Origin: Ophelia neglecta
Taxonomy: Eukaryota
Assembly: GCA_965285935.1 (NCBI GenBank)
Contig: OZ260662.1
Coordinates: 44,268,001 to 44,332,000 of the forward strand
Length of the DNA: 64,000 nucleotides
Reading direction: 5' to 3'
The notes below the pieces were generated by a model. That model saw only the letters and a program-made list of their open reading frames with translations. It ran no database searches and was not told where the DNA came from. The position numbers were made by a program, and so were the translations under genes. Position 1 is the stretch's first letter; each line of letters starts with the position of its first letter. Below, piece by piece: positions 11,355-23,649 of the stretch.

Positions 11355-14300
11355 TTATCCGAACATAGAGCCCCACATTTGCATGAATTCTCCTTTGTCG
11401 AGGTTTCCGTCATTATTTTGATCAAACATGTTAACCATTTGTTTGGCGGCGCTCTCGTCGAAGCCCATGGTCTCCTTGATGACGTCGATAACTTCCCCCG
11501 GGCTAAGAACGCCATTCCCATCTCGGTCCAGCTGGTCAAACTTGGCCGAAATCTGCTGGTTTCTGCGCGAAAAAAGAAGGGCTGGTTAGTGATTCGGTGT
11601 GTTTGATTGAATAAGTACAACGTTCTCTCAACAAATAATTTATAGTATAGATCTGCTAAGTGGAAACCTGTGGTATTATGGGTTATCTTGGTCGACCGCT
11701 AGACTACCCCCCCCCTTCCCTATCACCGCATCAGACACACCTATAGGCAAGATCTTGTAAAATGGCGTATGGCTGTGTAATTATGCTCGTAAGAGGAGGG
11801 GTCGTGTAATTTTTAAACCCTGTTTTCAAAATAATGAAAGTAACGGTAGTCATGTAGCCAGCCAGCATTTTCATATTTTGCAAAAACGAAAATTCCGCTA
11901 GTTGTTCGAAAATAAGAAATGCCGTGCTGCAGGTGAGATAATTTCAATTCTGAATGAACAAAAAGTATTTGATTTATTTGTTTTAACCCCGTCTTGATAA
12001 CAGACGGTCTGCGAACATCGCCCTCTGGTGATAGCGGGGAGCGTGGTGCCCGGAGCAAAAACATATCGACGAAAGGGGTTAAGATCAAGGAATGCCTGGG
12101 TAGCTAGTTTTAAATTAGTATATAGAAAACGTTTGACTGGAATCTGAGCTTTTACCAGAAATTAATCTTTTCTCTTAACTTTCAAAAATATATAGTAGGT
12201 CAAACACTACATTAAAACGACTAAGGCTACTGTCTTCCCGCTAATAGGGCTATCAATCTTAAATGTCTATTAGACAGACTTATATAAGGATACTCACATG
12301 GCCTTTGCCTCGGCAAAGAATCCGGTAAATTCATCTATGTCCAGTTTTCCATTGCCATCCTTGTCAAAGTTCTTGAGCAGAAAGACCACTTTATTTGGCG
12401 GGAAGTTGTAGGGGGCGGTTTGGAGAACGGCTGCTGCCTCTTGTAGGGTAATGTAACCATTACCGTCCTTATCGTACTTCTTAAACTGAGGAACCAGGGT
12501 GGTCTTGCTGCAATATACATGTACTCACCATTTACACAACAAGTACGCCTTAAATAATAAAAGAGAAAAAGTTAGAAAATATATTCCAGTGAAGGGCGCA
12601 AAAGCACGAGCTAGCAACCATAGGCTATATAAAACTCGGGGCTTTGCAGCGCGCGATTGTTATATCTTCGATTTATTTTTCTTTTATTACCATCAATAAC
12701 TTTATGCCAAGATTACTATGTGGTTGATACTCTATATTGTTCACTAACAGCCCGATATCACGATTATATTAACTATTTATGGGCGTAGTATACAGAGACT
12801 TGCGTTTCGTCTATCTTCTGTTTGAAAGCAGTGAATTCAGTGGCCGACAGGCGTCCATCATTGTTCTTGTCGAATCGTTTGGCAAATTGGAGAGCTTTCT
12901 CCTTCGGGTAGTTGAGTTCGCTTGCTAAAATGGCGGCAGCCTCCTGAAGAGTGAGGATAGTTTTATGCCTGGAAATCAGTAAATGTTTGATTTAAAATAC
13001 AACCTGTTCGTATAGATTTAAATTAAGTACTACATTTCATTTACTTGGTTTGATATGGGGCGAATAAGACCTTGATTTAAGATACAATATGAGCAATTAT
13101 GATACAAGCACAGCTGCGTTGCAAATTATGATTTCTATCATGAAGCAAATCAGTTTGTTCGAGTTTATCAAAATATAGAAATGCGCAAAAGGATTTTTAT
13201 GCTCAGGTTGTGCAACCAATACATATTTAATATTCAACGTCTAAAACTCCCCAGACAAACGGGATTGCAGGCAAGCTTTTCAGAATCTATTTGAATAGCT
13301 GCATGTCAGAAGAGCTGATCGCAATATGAAATATTTGAATTGAAATGCAAGCTCGATTGATGCAGCTTTTTCTGCCGACAATTCTGATGAATTCCACACG
13401 AGCGGCCTGGGATGGTGGAAACAGACGACACTGTCCCTGATACAATCCCAACGTTGATCCTGGCATCTCGCTTCATTTGTGAAACCGATAGATTGAAATA
13501 CACTAATTATCTAGCAGGTTTACTGCTTCTATTTCAATGGGTTTAAAACTGTAATAAGGTCTAATTGCTTAACATTTATGTACATATAAATCATTATATT
13601 TATTACTTTATCTATTTATTTTATAAAAAATATAGATACTGACAGAATGGTTGCCCGGGTTATTTACCGCCACACCTTATTTGGCTTTATTTCCCTATCC
13701 CTATATGTGCATGTCATGTCTGTTCCCTGACATATAAAAAAGAGCTCTATATGCTGCATGACATGCTTAGACCATAATATAGCAGACACCAATATGGCAC
13801 TAGCGGGCCGAATCAGATAATAAGATATTTTCCTGTCTCCCGGAAGTAATTCGTTTTTTACTATATGCCAATAACAAGGGCCTGTATGGACGCTGTTTGG
13901 TAACATCTGACACAGCATGATATTTCTTTATTAATAAAGTTCTACCGGTGGCCAGCTTCGTTAAAATCAAATTAATATCAATATATTGGTTTTGAAACTG
14001 GTAGAGCATACAATATATATATTCAATAGCAAAGAATATATTAATTTTAAATAAAATACGCTTGCAGTGAAATTATTAGTGTGCACCTGTCGGAAACGGT
14101 AGAAATACACCTGCGCAACATAAGTAGATATTTAACATGGCGAAGCAGTTAGATTTCGGTATGTGGCTGCTTTTTTGTGAATGTCGGAATGAGCATTAAG
14201 ATAATAAAGATAGACATTTTATTTTCAATATCTCTCCTAAGAGCATTAACACTAAGTTATAAAACAATACGTAGTTTCGAAAACGTAGTAAAATTTTTAT

Positions 14301-17133
14301 TGCACATTTCTTTGTGTGACTCTTATGCAGTACCGATCAATAAAGCTCTCTTGGGTAAATTTATACAAATGGCCCGAACGTCTGGACTCGACAGATTTGT
14401 AGCCAACTGGTAAATATTACAGGCCTGTAGGATCTGCAAATGGCTTCAACAGAACAGGCTCAAACTGTAGTGAATATGATACCATCAACTATTCCGCACA
14501 AAAAAAAAAACGATGATCGATTGAAATGGCCGATTCGGTATTCCTCTGGAGTACTCTGAAAAGCTTATAATGCATGATTAATTGAGCGAAATACCCTGAA
14601 TTAGAAATGATATATGACAAAGGCATTTTAACATTTTATTTGTAACTTTATATAGGTCTTCATTATTGATAATTAATATTATTTAATTAGGACAGAATTG
14701 CTTCGTTTTGAACTTCATACTGTACGAGGCCACATTTTAAAGGCAGAAGGCACTTTCAGCTATCAAAAGCAATGGAAATAAATTGAGGCAATAACATTGA
14801 GACAGCACTAGAAGTCGTACGCATAGCCTGGTTTATGTTAATTTGGTTGACTTCATTGGCGAGAGCATAAGACACAGTACATGGATTAAAAAAAGTTGCT
14901 AGGTCTATAGGACTGCCTGCTTTGGGACTATTTCACAAATCGACCAATAATCTGGCATGTCAAAAGGGAGGAAAGGAAATAAAACCGGAAACTAGCCACA
15001 ATACTTAGAATAATGTGTCTGGGCATTGTTTCGGGATCCAATTTAGATGTCATCCGAAATGGCACTGTAGATGGGAATTTATAGACTGTTGAGGACCCTG
15101 CAGTGGAGTATATGCATATTTGACACTGGGGAGAAACAATATATGCATTCTAACTTAATCATGATAGTTTGCTATAAGTTTCCATTTAAATCAATGGAAT
15201 GTACAATAGTGTTCATTGATCGAAAAAGCTATGTCCTAGGGGGGACAAAGACAACATAGCAACCACAGCCGGGCCCGGCTAGTTTATCTATATTTAATAA
15301 ATGCCCACGCCCAATACCCATTAAGAGACCGTAGTGAATGAGATGGGTCATGGCTTTATAAAACGGGGCTGCATTATTTAGGAGCCTGGGACGCATGCTA
15401 CAGCAAGTTTTACAACTAATTTTGACACACATGACTTTGATGCCAAACAACTGCAATGGGGAAGTCGATTCAATATCTGAGCGATCGTGAAGCACGTCAA
15501 ATTGTTTTTCTCCCGCTGCAGAACGTCTTTTATCAGAGAATATCTAGCAATACTAAAGTCTGCGGATGTCTCGTCTGCCACACTGCCTGTATATGAATGT
15601 AAACAGTTGGTGAAATAAAAAGTTACTGGTGCATCAAATCTAGAAAATTGTCAATTCCACAATAGTATAACACGTACACTCCTTTTTCATATAATACCAC
15701 CATCCCGTTAAATGTGGAGATATTAATTTGAATATCGAAAAACACCTTATATCTTAGCTTACATTCTTCTTCTTCTAAGTAATCGCAAAGTAATAAAAAA
15801 AAGCGCAACACTCATGTCTCGAATTAGTTCATAAGTCGATGTTTAATATAAGGCCAAAATGTCAGATGTCATCATATTATAAAAAAACTTTGTCATACGC
15901 CATTGGTTAATTACGCCATGCCACAGGTATTGTTAGAGAATCACATAATTATGAATTGAAGTATCGATTTAAAAAGAATCATTATGTGTCGGGCAGATAG
16001 GAAAATCGCGTTGCTTTTAATTCGAAGCCTGCAGGCCTATCAGTGTTTCATTTCTGTCGATAGACCTACTCGAGTTTCATAGACTTGCTTTTGGCATTTT
16101 CGTCGTCTATGTGAGTGTATTCATGCGGCCTTCGGCTTTCAGAGCATATTATCTACTACATTTGTTTGAATATCTGAACAAATAAATGAGGAAAAACTCA
16201 ATCTAAATTTCTACATGATACTATCACAAAGTGGATCCTAATTCATAAAATGAAGTTATTATTTTCAAATAACATCCCCGTCTGAATAATTGTGAACATC
16301 TTGATATATAAGTCTCTCCTAATGGCGGCTTCGGATGCCTTAAAAGTTATCTCCTTTCACTGGCGTAGTTTACCGTATTAATAATTTCACCCAAGAAATC
16401 AATCCGGTCTAACAACTGACTAAAATGTCCCTTCTGATCCTCCACAACCCTAAAAAAAACCAGCTAATCAAATTGTATGAAATGGAATCCAACGTCAAAA
16501 ACATTTGAATATGAATCTTGTAACCAAAAAGATGCATGGCGTGAGACTTCTCCACCAATCGACCTTTAAAATCCATACAAAGTTTAAACTTTTATTATTA
16601 GAACTTCCATAAAATGGTCAGCATCGTGCTACAAATCTCAATCGAACGAGATAAACTTCTAACTGGAATAAAACTTTTTTGCTTAGTGTAAAGAAAAGTC
16701 GGATTTTAAATAGGTATAATTCTGCCAATGAAAAATATACGTGACACCATACCAATTTGAAAGTTATGTGATTAAGGAAAGCCTTAAAAATGTTCTAATA
16801 TTCAAATTATGGAAATGAATACGGCTCCTTAAATTATGCACGAGTTTGCGCACTTAGAAAAGGCCTTATCAGCCTAAACCATATTTCGATGACGGAATGA
16901 AATTCCACTTTATGTTCTTACCTAAATATATAACCGATTGGTGAATTGCCATCAAATTTTAGTCTAAATAAACAAATAGTTTGGAACCAGACCAATTGAC
17001 GAAACAATTCTATATTACGTTTCCTATTGCAATGTTGCTTTAGTGTATCTCGTTAATTATTGCCAATTTTTAAAACATCCTGAAAAAGAAGGCAATGTAT
17101 TAACAATAATCTTATCTAGCCTACTTACGACAT
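11355..17133 (-). CDS. Five-EF-hand calcium-binding protein, paralog 1, 195 aa
   Basis: Exons 17133-17129 (ATGTC|GTAAGT), 12968-12804, 12507-12298, 11562-11355 (5/165/210/208 nt). Loops DKNNDGRLSATE, DKDGNGYITLQE, DKDGNGKLDIDE, DRDGNGVLSPGE, DQNNDGNLDKGE. Intron 2 donor is GCAAGT. Confidence 0.9.
14020..14815 (+). pseudogene. Decayed intronless caspase catalytic domain
   Basis: In order: NILILN (approx. ALIINN), CDSYAVPINK (approx. GTDG..VPID), ILQACR at 14414-14431, MADSVFLWSTLK at 14526-14561 (p10 AD..L..ST), KQ.......TLRQH at 14767-14808 (approx. KQMP...TLRK). Multiple stops and frameshifts. Confidence 0.6.
14880..15975 (-). pseudogene. Decayed DED + caspase-like gene (caspase-8/FLIP architecture)
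   Basis: ORF 15811-15623 RFFLLLCDYLEEEECKL...LYEKG...DNFLDL resembles a DED. Downstream fragments KNNLT..I..IL, VMCVKIS, GLLMGIG..LLNIDKL and IYSTAG follow caspase-fold order. No QACxG found. Confidence 0.4.
16138..16950 (+). pseudogene. Decayed tandem death-effector-domain gene
   Basis: In one frame: LFV*ISEQINEEKLNLNFY (16158-16214), QITSPSE (16266-16286), YRINNFTQEINPV*QLTKMSLLI (16371-16439). Later FAHLE/KGLISLNHI across a frameshift (about 16844-16885). Confidence 0.5.
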
Positions 17134-17215
17134 ATCGAGAATAGTTTTCCAAGTTTTCTAGAAGCGGATCAGAATGATGCGCCAGTCGTCTGCTTTGATC
17201 GAGATGTAGAGGCCA

Positions 17216-17249
17216 AATGAAAAATATTGATTACACGGTGCGCTTTATA
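17216..17249 (-). promoter_or_regulatory. TATA box and initiator of EF-hand paralog 1
   Basis: Minus-strand TATAAA at 17249-17244 and TCATT initiator-like motif at 17220-17216, about 31 nt apart, 85 nt upstream of the ATG. Confidence 0.6.
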
Positions 17250-18329
17250 CTCAGCTCCGGCTGCTAGTTATGTCTCTGATAACAAATGTAATGGGTTGGT
17301 TGTCGGATTATCCTCCAGGGGGCGGTAGACAGTTACTCCAATACAGCGAAAACCGCTCCCGATGTGATGGTGACGGGTGGTCAGCAAGTATACAGCACGA
17401 GTAGGAGGCACCCTAGGGAATTCTGATGAGGAATTTATGATCACGATTTATCTTTCAGTGACCTAATATGCAGATGTGTGTGTTATATATAATTCATGCA
17501 TTCACAAGACCCACATTTTCTTCCTAAATCGAACCCTTTGGCATTCTGATATTTTTGTGCCACTTGAGTCACAGGCTCTGCAGTTTTAGGCCGACAGTTT
17601 ATTTTTTACTTTATAAAATAGCCATCAAGGGCCTATTATTGGCTATTTTGTTTGCAAGTTTCAAAATCGTATTGAGAGTTTCAATTTTCGTTGATATTAA
17701 TGGTATTATAGAGTTTCAAAACACATGCAAGTGATAAATTGATGAGTTAATTCTACTGAGACCAATTATATAGGGCCTAACTATTCCTAAATCTGAAACT
17801 CTTTCATAACGCTTTTTGTTAATCCTACTGCTGTCATTTTTCATATCACTAAACATCGAAACAAGTCCGCTTTAAACTGGTCCAATTGTGATAATCATCT
17901 TTGGCGCAATTCCGGAATCAGGCATGCTGGCTTACAAAGCCCATTGTACACATCTTTATATCGTTAAAAAACCAACAAATACGACTCTGCTGCAACGTTA
18001 GACAATGATAGTTGTCTGTAAATCAAATGGTATGTTTAAACAACAGGAAGCTGTGAAAATTAACCCGTGTGCCTATATAAGGGAATACAATTAGAGAAGT
18101 CGGCTTTCAAAACTGTCGGGACGTAGAAAGTAATATGTGAAATTATTGGAATTTGGTAGTTTCGTGAAGGGGTCGGGATAAACATTTATACCAGGGTTAT
18201 TAACGCGTTATATTGCACACCATTTAAAAATTAAAAAATTCACGCAGATTTTAGAGAGAGTAAAGTTAAACATAGCGTATTAATCGGTTTTATCCTGTAC
18301 CGTTAAAATGTGACTCTGGGCCAAATACA

Positions 18330-18770
18330 GGACTTATTTTGTTCCTAGATGCTTGTTTCCCTCTCTAGCTTCGAGAACACAATTAAGTCTCCATTAGGAC
18401 TTATTAATGACAAAGTTGCCATGATCCACAACGGTCTCCATACGAATCTCTCTTTAAACTCAAGGGGTCCTTAAATATTGAACCACGAGAGCAAGTGCAC
18501 TCTAAAATTGGCAGTGTCAACATCACGTACTGGTAACAAAGCCGGGCCAAAGGGTTCTGCCACACACGCGCTTATAAATTATTGACCTGTACATAATACA
18601 GCCCCAATAGGATTTGTACACCGACGCTTGTTTATCGACTACTTTAAAGCGGGGTGGATTCCAAGCACTCACGTTAGACCGGCCACTTTACGGGACTATG
18701 AAATTGGCAGCGACGAAATAAGGCATAGCTAAATCCAAACTGATGGTTGGCATGTAAGTTTTGTTGATTA
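18330..18770 (+). mobile_element. Non-LTR retrotransposon (CR1/L2-like) RT relic
   Basis: 18544-18651 translates GPKGSATHALINY*PVHNTAPIGFVHRRLFIDYFKA, matching the LINE RT G..GSST.HAL...F.DFSKAF block. Confidence 0.6.
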
Positions 18771-18869
18771 AAAGTACTGGAGTCATGTGTTATATCTAAT
18801 GCTTAGAGAAAGGAAATTTAAGTATTCTTTTCATTTAGACTCGACCGTGGGTCTTCATCAGCCCTGAGC

Positions 18870-19677
18870 TAATTTACTACTCAGAAATTCTAAGAAATTT
18901 GAATCACACATTAACACATTAATAAACCAACCTTATAACCCAGGAATACTGATATCGCATAATTAGATTATTGACAATATATTGAATGATTACTTGACCA
19001 TATCCTAGACATTTCTCACCATACTAATAAATGAACGCAATTCATTTCAAAATTCAACATTGCGATTTTAAAATGTAAAATAAATGTTAGTTTTGTGTGA
19101 TTTATAAATACTAAGTCTTCGGGATATAGTTGTTATAACACTCAGTGTGTGTTATTTGTATATATCTAGTCATTTTCTCCACTAAAAGTTGTATTATCGA
19201 AATATGGAGAAAAATGTTCAAGTAGGCCCAATTTCAATGTAAAAAAGAGTGTGGATGTCCGGCAGACAGAGCCAAATCATACATCAAGATTCGTCCATCG
19301 GCTCCCAAATAATAAATAAACCTCTAATTCAAATAATAAAAAAAGTGAAAAGATAACCTTGTTATTACTTGGACTGATGCGAGCCAGAACACAAAACAAA
19401 CGGGATCATTGGTCATTGTAGGTCGGGATGAAATATCCCCTTGACCTTTGTTCTCCCACATGGTGGAGACCAAAGATGAAACTTACTTAATAAACGGGTT
19501 CCTGCATCCGACGCTGCAAACGCTGTATACCTGACCCAGCCTCCCAGGCTTGCAATAGGAACAGCATGTGACCGGATCCAGGGAAGAATTCTCCATTCTT
19601 CTCTCAAAGAGCCGACAGGGCAACGCCGAATACAGGGACTCCAATAAACAAAGCAAGAGAAGAACGTAAAAGGTCAT
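18870..19677 (-). pseudogene. Decayed TNF-receptor-like gene A
   Basis: Signal-peptide-like MTFYVLLLLCLLESLYSA, then LPC...TCCSYCKPGRLGQVYSVCSVG (CRD1 CC..C.PG..V...C), frameshift to SPPCG...GIF, decayed hydrophobic segment near 18900-18980. Confidence 0.6.
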
Positions 19678-19859
19678 TGTAAATTGATAAAGCAAAAGGT
19701 ATTAAATCTCCATAGTGCAGTAAGATGTTAACTATTTAAATTGATTAACTCACGCTTTTATTGTTTGAACCACATCCAGCCGAGCTCTGCTATCACAAGG
19801 CAGTTCCGTGCCAACAGATGGCGCCCGCAAATATCAAATGTTCGGTTGGATGCTTATGA

Positions 19860-20570
19860 TATGAAGTACTATATTATCCTCTTATGATGCAACTGGCCAT
19901 TTCACCCCACAGCGGTAAAGAACAGAAACCCCCAGCTGAGCTACAAGAGATATTTCCCCCAAAGAGATATTGCCCTTCACCGTAGTAGGGCAATATTACT
20001 TCAAATGTTGTATGGTCAAATCTGAGGTTCAGAGCAGGGCTTTTAATTCTTTTGCGAAGAAATGAATTGAGCAATTACAGGCAACCGTGTCCACCGTTGT
20101 GTTATATGATAAGATAACTTGATATGTTATACATCAAAGTTTGAATTGATTTTAGGAACGTGCAGCTTGGCCGATTGTATTGTTCCATAATTATGAACAT
20201 CGTTATTGAACGAGAACAACGAGAACACAAAACTAGGTGTACATTGATGACTAACCTTGTATACAACGATCTGAAGGGAATATTTATATAACACCTGGAT
20301 TGGTGCACTGCTCAATTGATTAAATAACGGTTTAGAAGGAGTGACTCTATTTGAACCAGTTATGAACGTAACTTCCCTTTTCTATTCACTGTAAAACATA
20401 CCAATGTTGAGCCAACACATTTTCCTATGTTTGTATAACTACTCAGTTTTGCATACTTTGGTTTTTGATTTAACATAGGAGATATGCTGGGTAATTGCAA
20501 AAAACTAACGCGAGTACTGTTTGTTGAGCTAACAAAAGCCATTGTTCGGTCAATATTTCACTCATATTTT
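19860..20570 (+). pseudogene. Possible decayed TNF-receptor-like gene B
   Basis: Fragments QPCPPLC, KTRCTLMTN, RRSDSI* (20334-20354, approx. TSD..C), then hydrophobic LLSFAYFGF. Many stops. Confidence 0.3.
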
Positions 20571-21349
20571 AGTTTTGTTCAATGAGCATTTAACAATTTG
20601 ATTGAAATGAAATTATATATACTCGTCGGTCTCCGCTTACGAATATTCGTACAAATACATGACTCCATTAATATAACGTGCAAATCATGTATATGTATTT
20701 ATGCACAAAATGAGTTTTAAATGACCTTAATAGTTACCTTAAAAGTGATAGCAAATGGAAGCTAATATTCAGTAAAGTATGCATGTCATCCTCTAATTCC
20801 CTAACGTTTTGACGGAGATTGTATGACTTACTGACAGAGAAGGCTGCTGATTCTAAGAGAAAAGAATCCCATAGATGTGAGAAAAGCGAAACTATTCGCT
20901 TTTACTCGTGTCGACTATTGGTGGCCTATATATACTGTCTTCCCGGCTAGTTAGTACTTTATTGATTACTTTTGTATATGAGCTCAGAATCTAGAATTCA
21001 GTTTGGTCAGTCAGGCGCATCGCTGCAAAGGCAACACTTGAAATATTGATAAATAATGTGAAGTATTCTTAATCCCAATAGCTTGTCGAAATCGATTCGT
21101 GAAGTATTTATTCATTTGAAGATTTAAAGCCCTTTGTAGGATAGAACCTCTCTTTGTGTATGGAATCAGCTCGCACCGAGCTCTATGCAATTTGTACTAT
21201 TTGTAACTCAAAAATTGCAATAAGAGTCATTAGTGCACATTAACGACGATTTGAAATAGAATGTTTAAGAACAGCAGTTCATAAAGTAGGCCTATATAGA
21301 ATGAAAATATAGGCTTTGGATGAAAGCCATTATCTTAATGGTTTACATA

Positions 21350-22040
21350 ATGCATAAGTTGTTCAGTATCTATTGTTACTGGAAAATTGGTTAATCATTA
21401 TAGAAGCGCCGGCCTCATATTTATTAATGCAACGAACATGATTCTATAAATTAAGAAACAAAACACACCAAAGGAACTATATTATTCATTTAAATATATG
21501 TGCCCCGGGTTAGACCTATCAGTTAATAACTGTCATACAATGTACACGTGGGATGAATATTTATAATATTTACACATTCATGCCATTGTTGTACCTCAAT
21601 AATTTTCCACACACTGCACAACAACGGTGAAATCCTTTACCACGTGTTCCTGCCGAGTAGCATGCAACGTAAAAAAAAAATCCACATCCTGAATAACGTT
21701 ATATTTGATTCAAGCATAAAAGTGGCTACTTTAGACAGTAATCCGAAATTAAACATATTATTACAATACTTCACCAGCCAACAATATTTTAACCTGCTAG
21801 CTTTGAGTGCTTTTTAAACCAGGTCAGTTTATTTCAACATTGGAATGTCACGTAACTTATTCCATATATGGAGAGCTTGGTCTTCAAAGAATATTGCCCA
21901 ATACGTTTCGAGGGAAAAGTTCAACGAAAATGTAGCCTTGCTGCAATTGGTCTTGTTTCATGAGAATATACCGAAATATTGCGGACAGTTAAGAGTATAG
22001 AGGCTGAGTGGCAATGCCATTGCAGTTATTTAAAAGCTGA
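21350..22040 (+). pseudogene. Decayed TNF-receptor-like gene C
   Basis: Leader YLLLLENWLIIIEA, ICAPG*TYQLITVIQCTRG (Cys at 21499), then SFTTCSCRVACN in another frame. Confidence 0.45.
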
Positions 22041-22289
22041 CTTATTTATAAAATAATCTCTATGATCGGTTATTAAGTTATCATTGCTTTTAATGCATGT
22101 TGCATAAAGAGAAATATCCCTTGAGAAAGGTGGGCACTGATCAGCCAGTTTTGGGCAACAGTTGAAAAAGTGGAGGGAGGGGGGGGGGAGAGGGGAGGGG
22201 GAGGGGCGGGAAGTTATAAACAAATTGGCATTATTGTTAGGGATGTAGGGTCGGCAATCCACTAGGTTTGTGTTTCGATATACAATATA

Positions 22290-22467
22290 CAGTGAAACCT
22301 GTGAATTTAGACCACCAAAGGGATTGAATAATTATGGTCTGATTTTGTAGGTGGTCTGTTTTGACAGGTTATTTAACATTGAAAGTATGCAGCACTGTCC
22401 TCATATTAGTGGTCTGAATTGACAGGAGGTGTGATAGTAGAGGCGGTTTTTAAGGCAGGTTTCACTG
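22290..22467 (-). mobile_element. 178-bp MITE, copy 2 (inverted)
   Basis: Same TIRs, TA flanks and length as 3598-3775; body in reverse complement. Confidence 0.9.
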
Positions 22468-22509
22468 TATTTACATCGAGAGGCTTCAGGATTCAGTTAT
22501 AATTTGTTA

Positions 22510-23230
22510 CAATATATAAAGCCCCCAACACCTTATTTTCATCTTGTCTTCCTTTGTAAATCACCGTTTCACGGTATCTCTGCCAGTAGCCCATGCATTG
22601 TGCACGAATGGGTTTCGAACTTGTTTAATGCAATGTTATGATTAAAATGTGGTAACGTTAAATTGAATTTAGAAAAAAAAATCTAACTTCAAGTAATTAT
22701 GACAAACACCCTTATTCTGATAGGCATCCTGATATACACTGATACGAAATAAGTTAGCGTTGGGCAAGTCTATAGAGGTAGGGTTATTCTAACGAGATTA
22801 TTGAAATATTTCTAACATGTGTGTGCTCTAAACCTAATCCAGCTATCATTCTTTAACACCTCGTGTGTCGTACCAGTAACATATTTTTCAGTATGTCGTT
22901 GGGCAAAGCCTTAACGAAGTTAATTATTACAATGTACGTATACGTGGAAGTGACCATTATGCACACATATTTTCAGTGATTGGGGATTTTGTTGACACCG
23001 GCATGATAGTGCTTGCTTGCATCAATTTCGTTTGGCAGGTACTATTTAACGTAATGGGAGGATTTAATTTTAGACACAGGGTTATTATTGTTTGGCGTCC
23101 CAGAACCTTTTATGTAGCACATGTGCCATTTACCAATACCCAAGGGTGCAAAAACGAATAACCGAATAAGTGAAATTATATTAGTCGAGCATAACACTTT
23201 ATTCTCAGATAAGTGCTGCTATAATTTATA
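22510..23230 (-). pseudogene. Decayed TNF-receptor-like gene D
   Basis: CTLGY/LVNGTC (about 23151-23120), TCPTLTYF (22769-22746), ETHSCTMHGLLAEIP*NG (22616-22563, approx. HT.C...GL....PG). Confidence 0.5.
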
Positions 23231-23649
23231 ACACGTTCGAGTTTTTTTTTTCATATTTTGTTCATCTTGCCTTTTGTTGACATTACCCTAGTGTTCTGTT
23301 GTTTTTCCAAAATGACAAGGCAACAATTTTTATCAACTTACCAATCATAGACTATGGTTAGCAAATTTTTCCTTTAGGTCCAATGTTGTTATAATTTGAA
23401 ACAAGTTTGCTCTTATTATCTTTAGAATTTCATTCAGTCCTCTAAGAAAATCATGCTTATTTTTCAAGTATTTATTAGGGATGTACTAATTTGTCTCCTG
23501 AGGTGGACAAAGGAAAATAGGGTTTACTATATCTATTTAACACGTCTGTTTCCTGTTAAAATAATATGATTACATTCTTTGACTCGCCTTTCCTAACAGG
23601 AATTTTATGTCAAAAGTTTAAAACGGCAATTTGGGTACTTTTAATAAAG

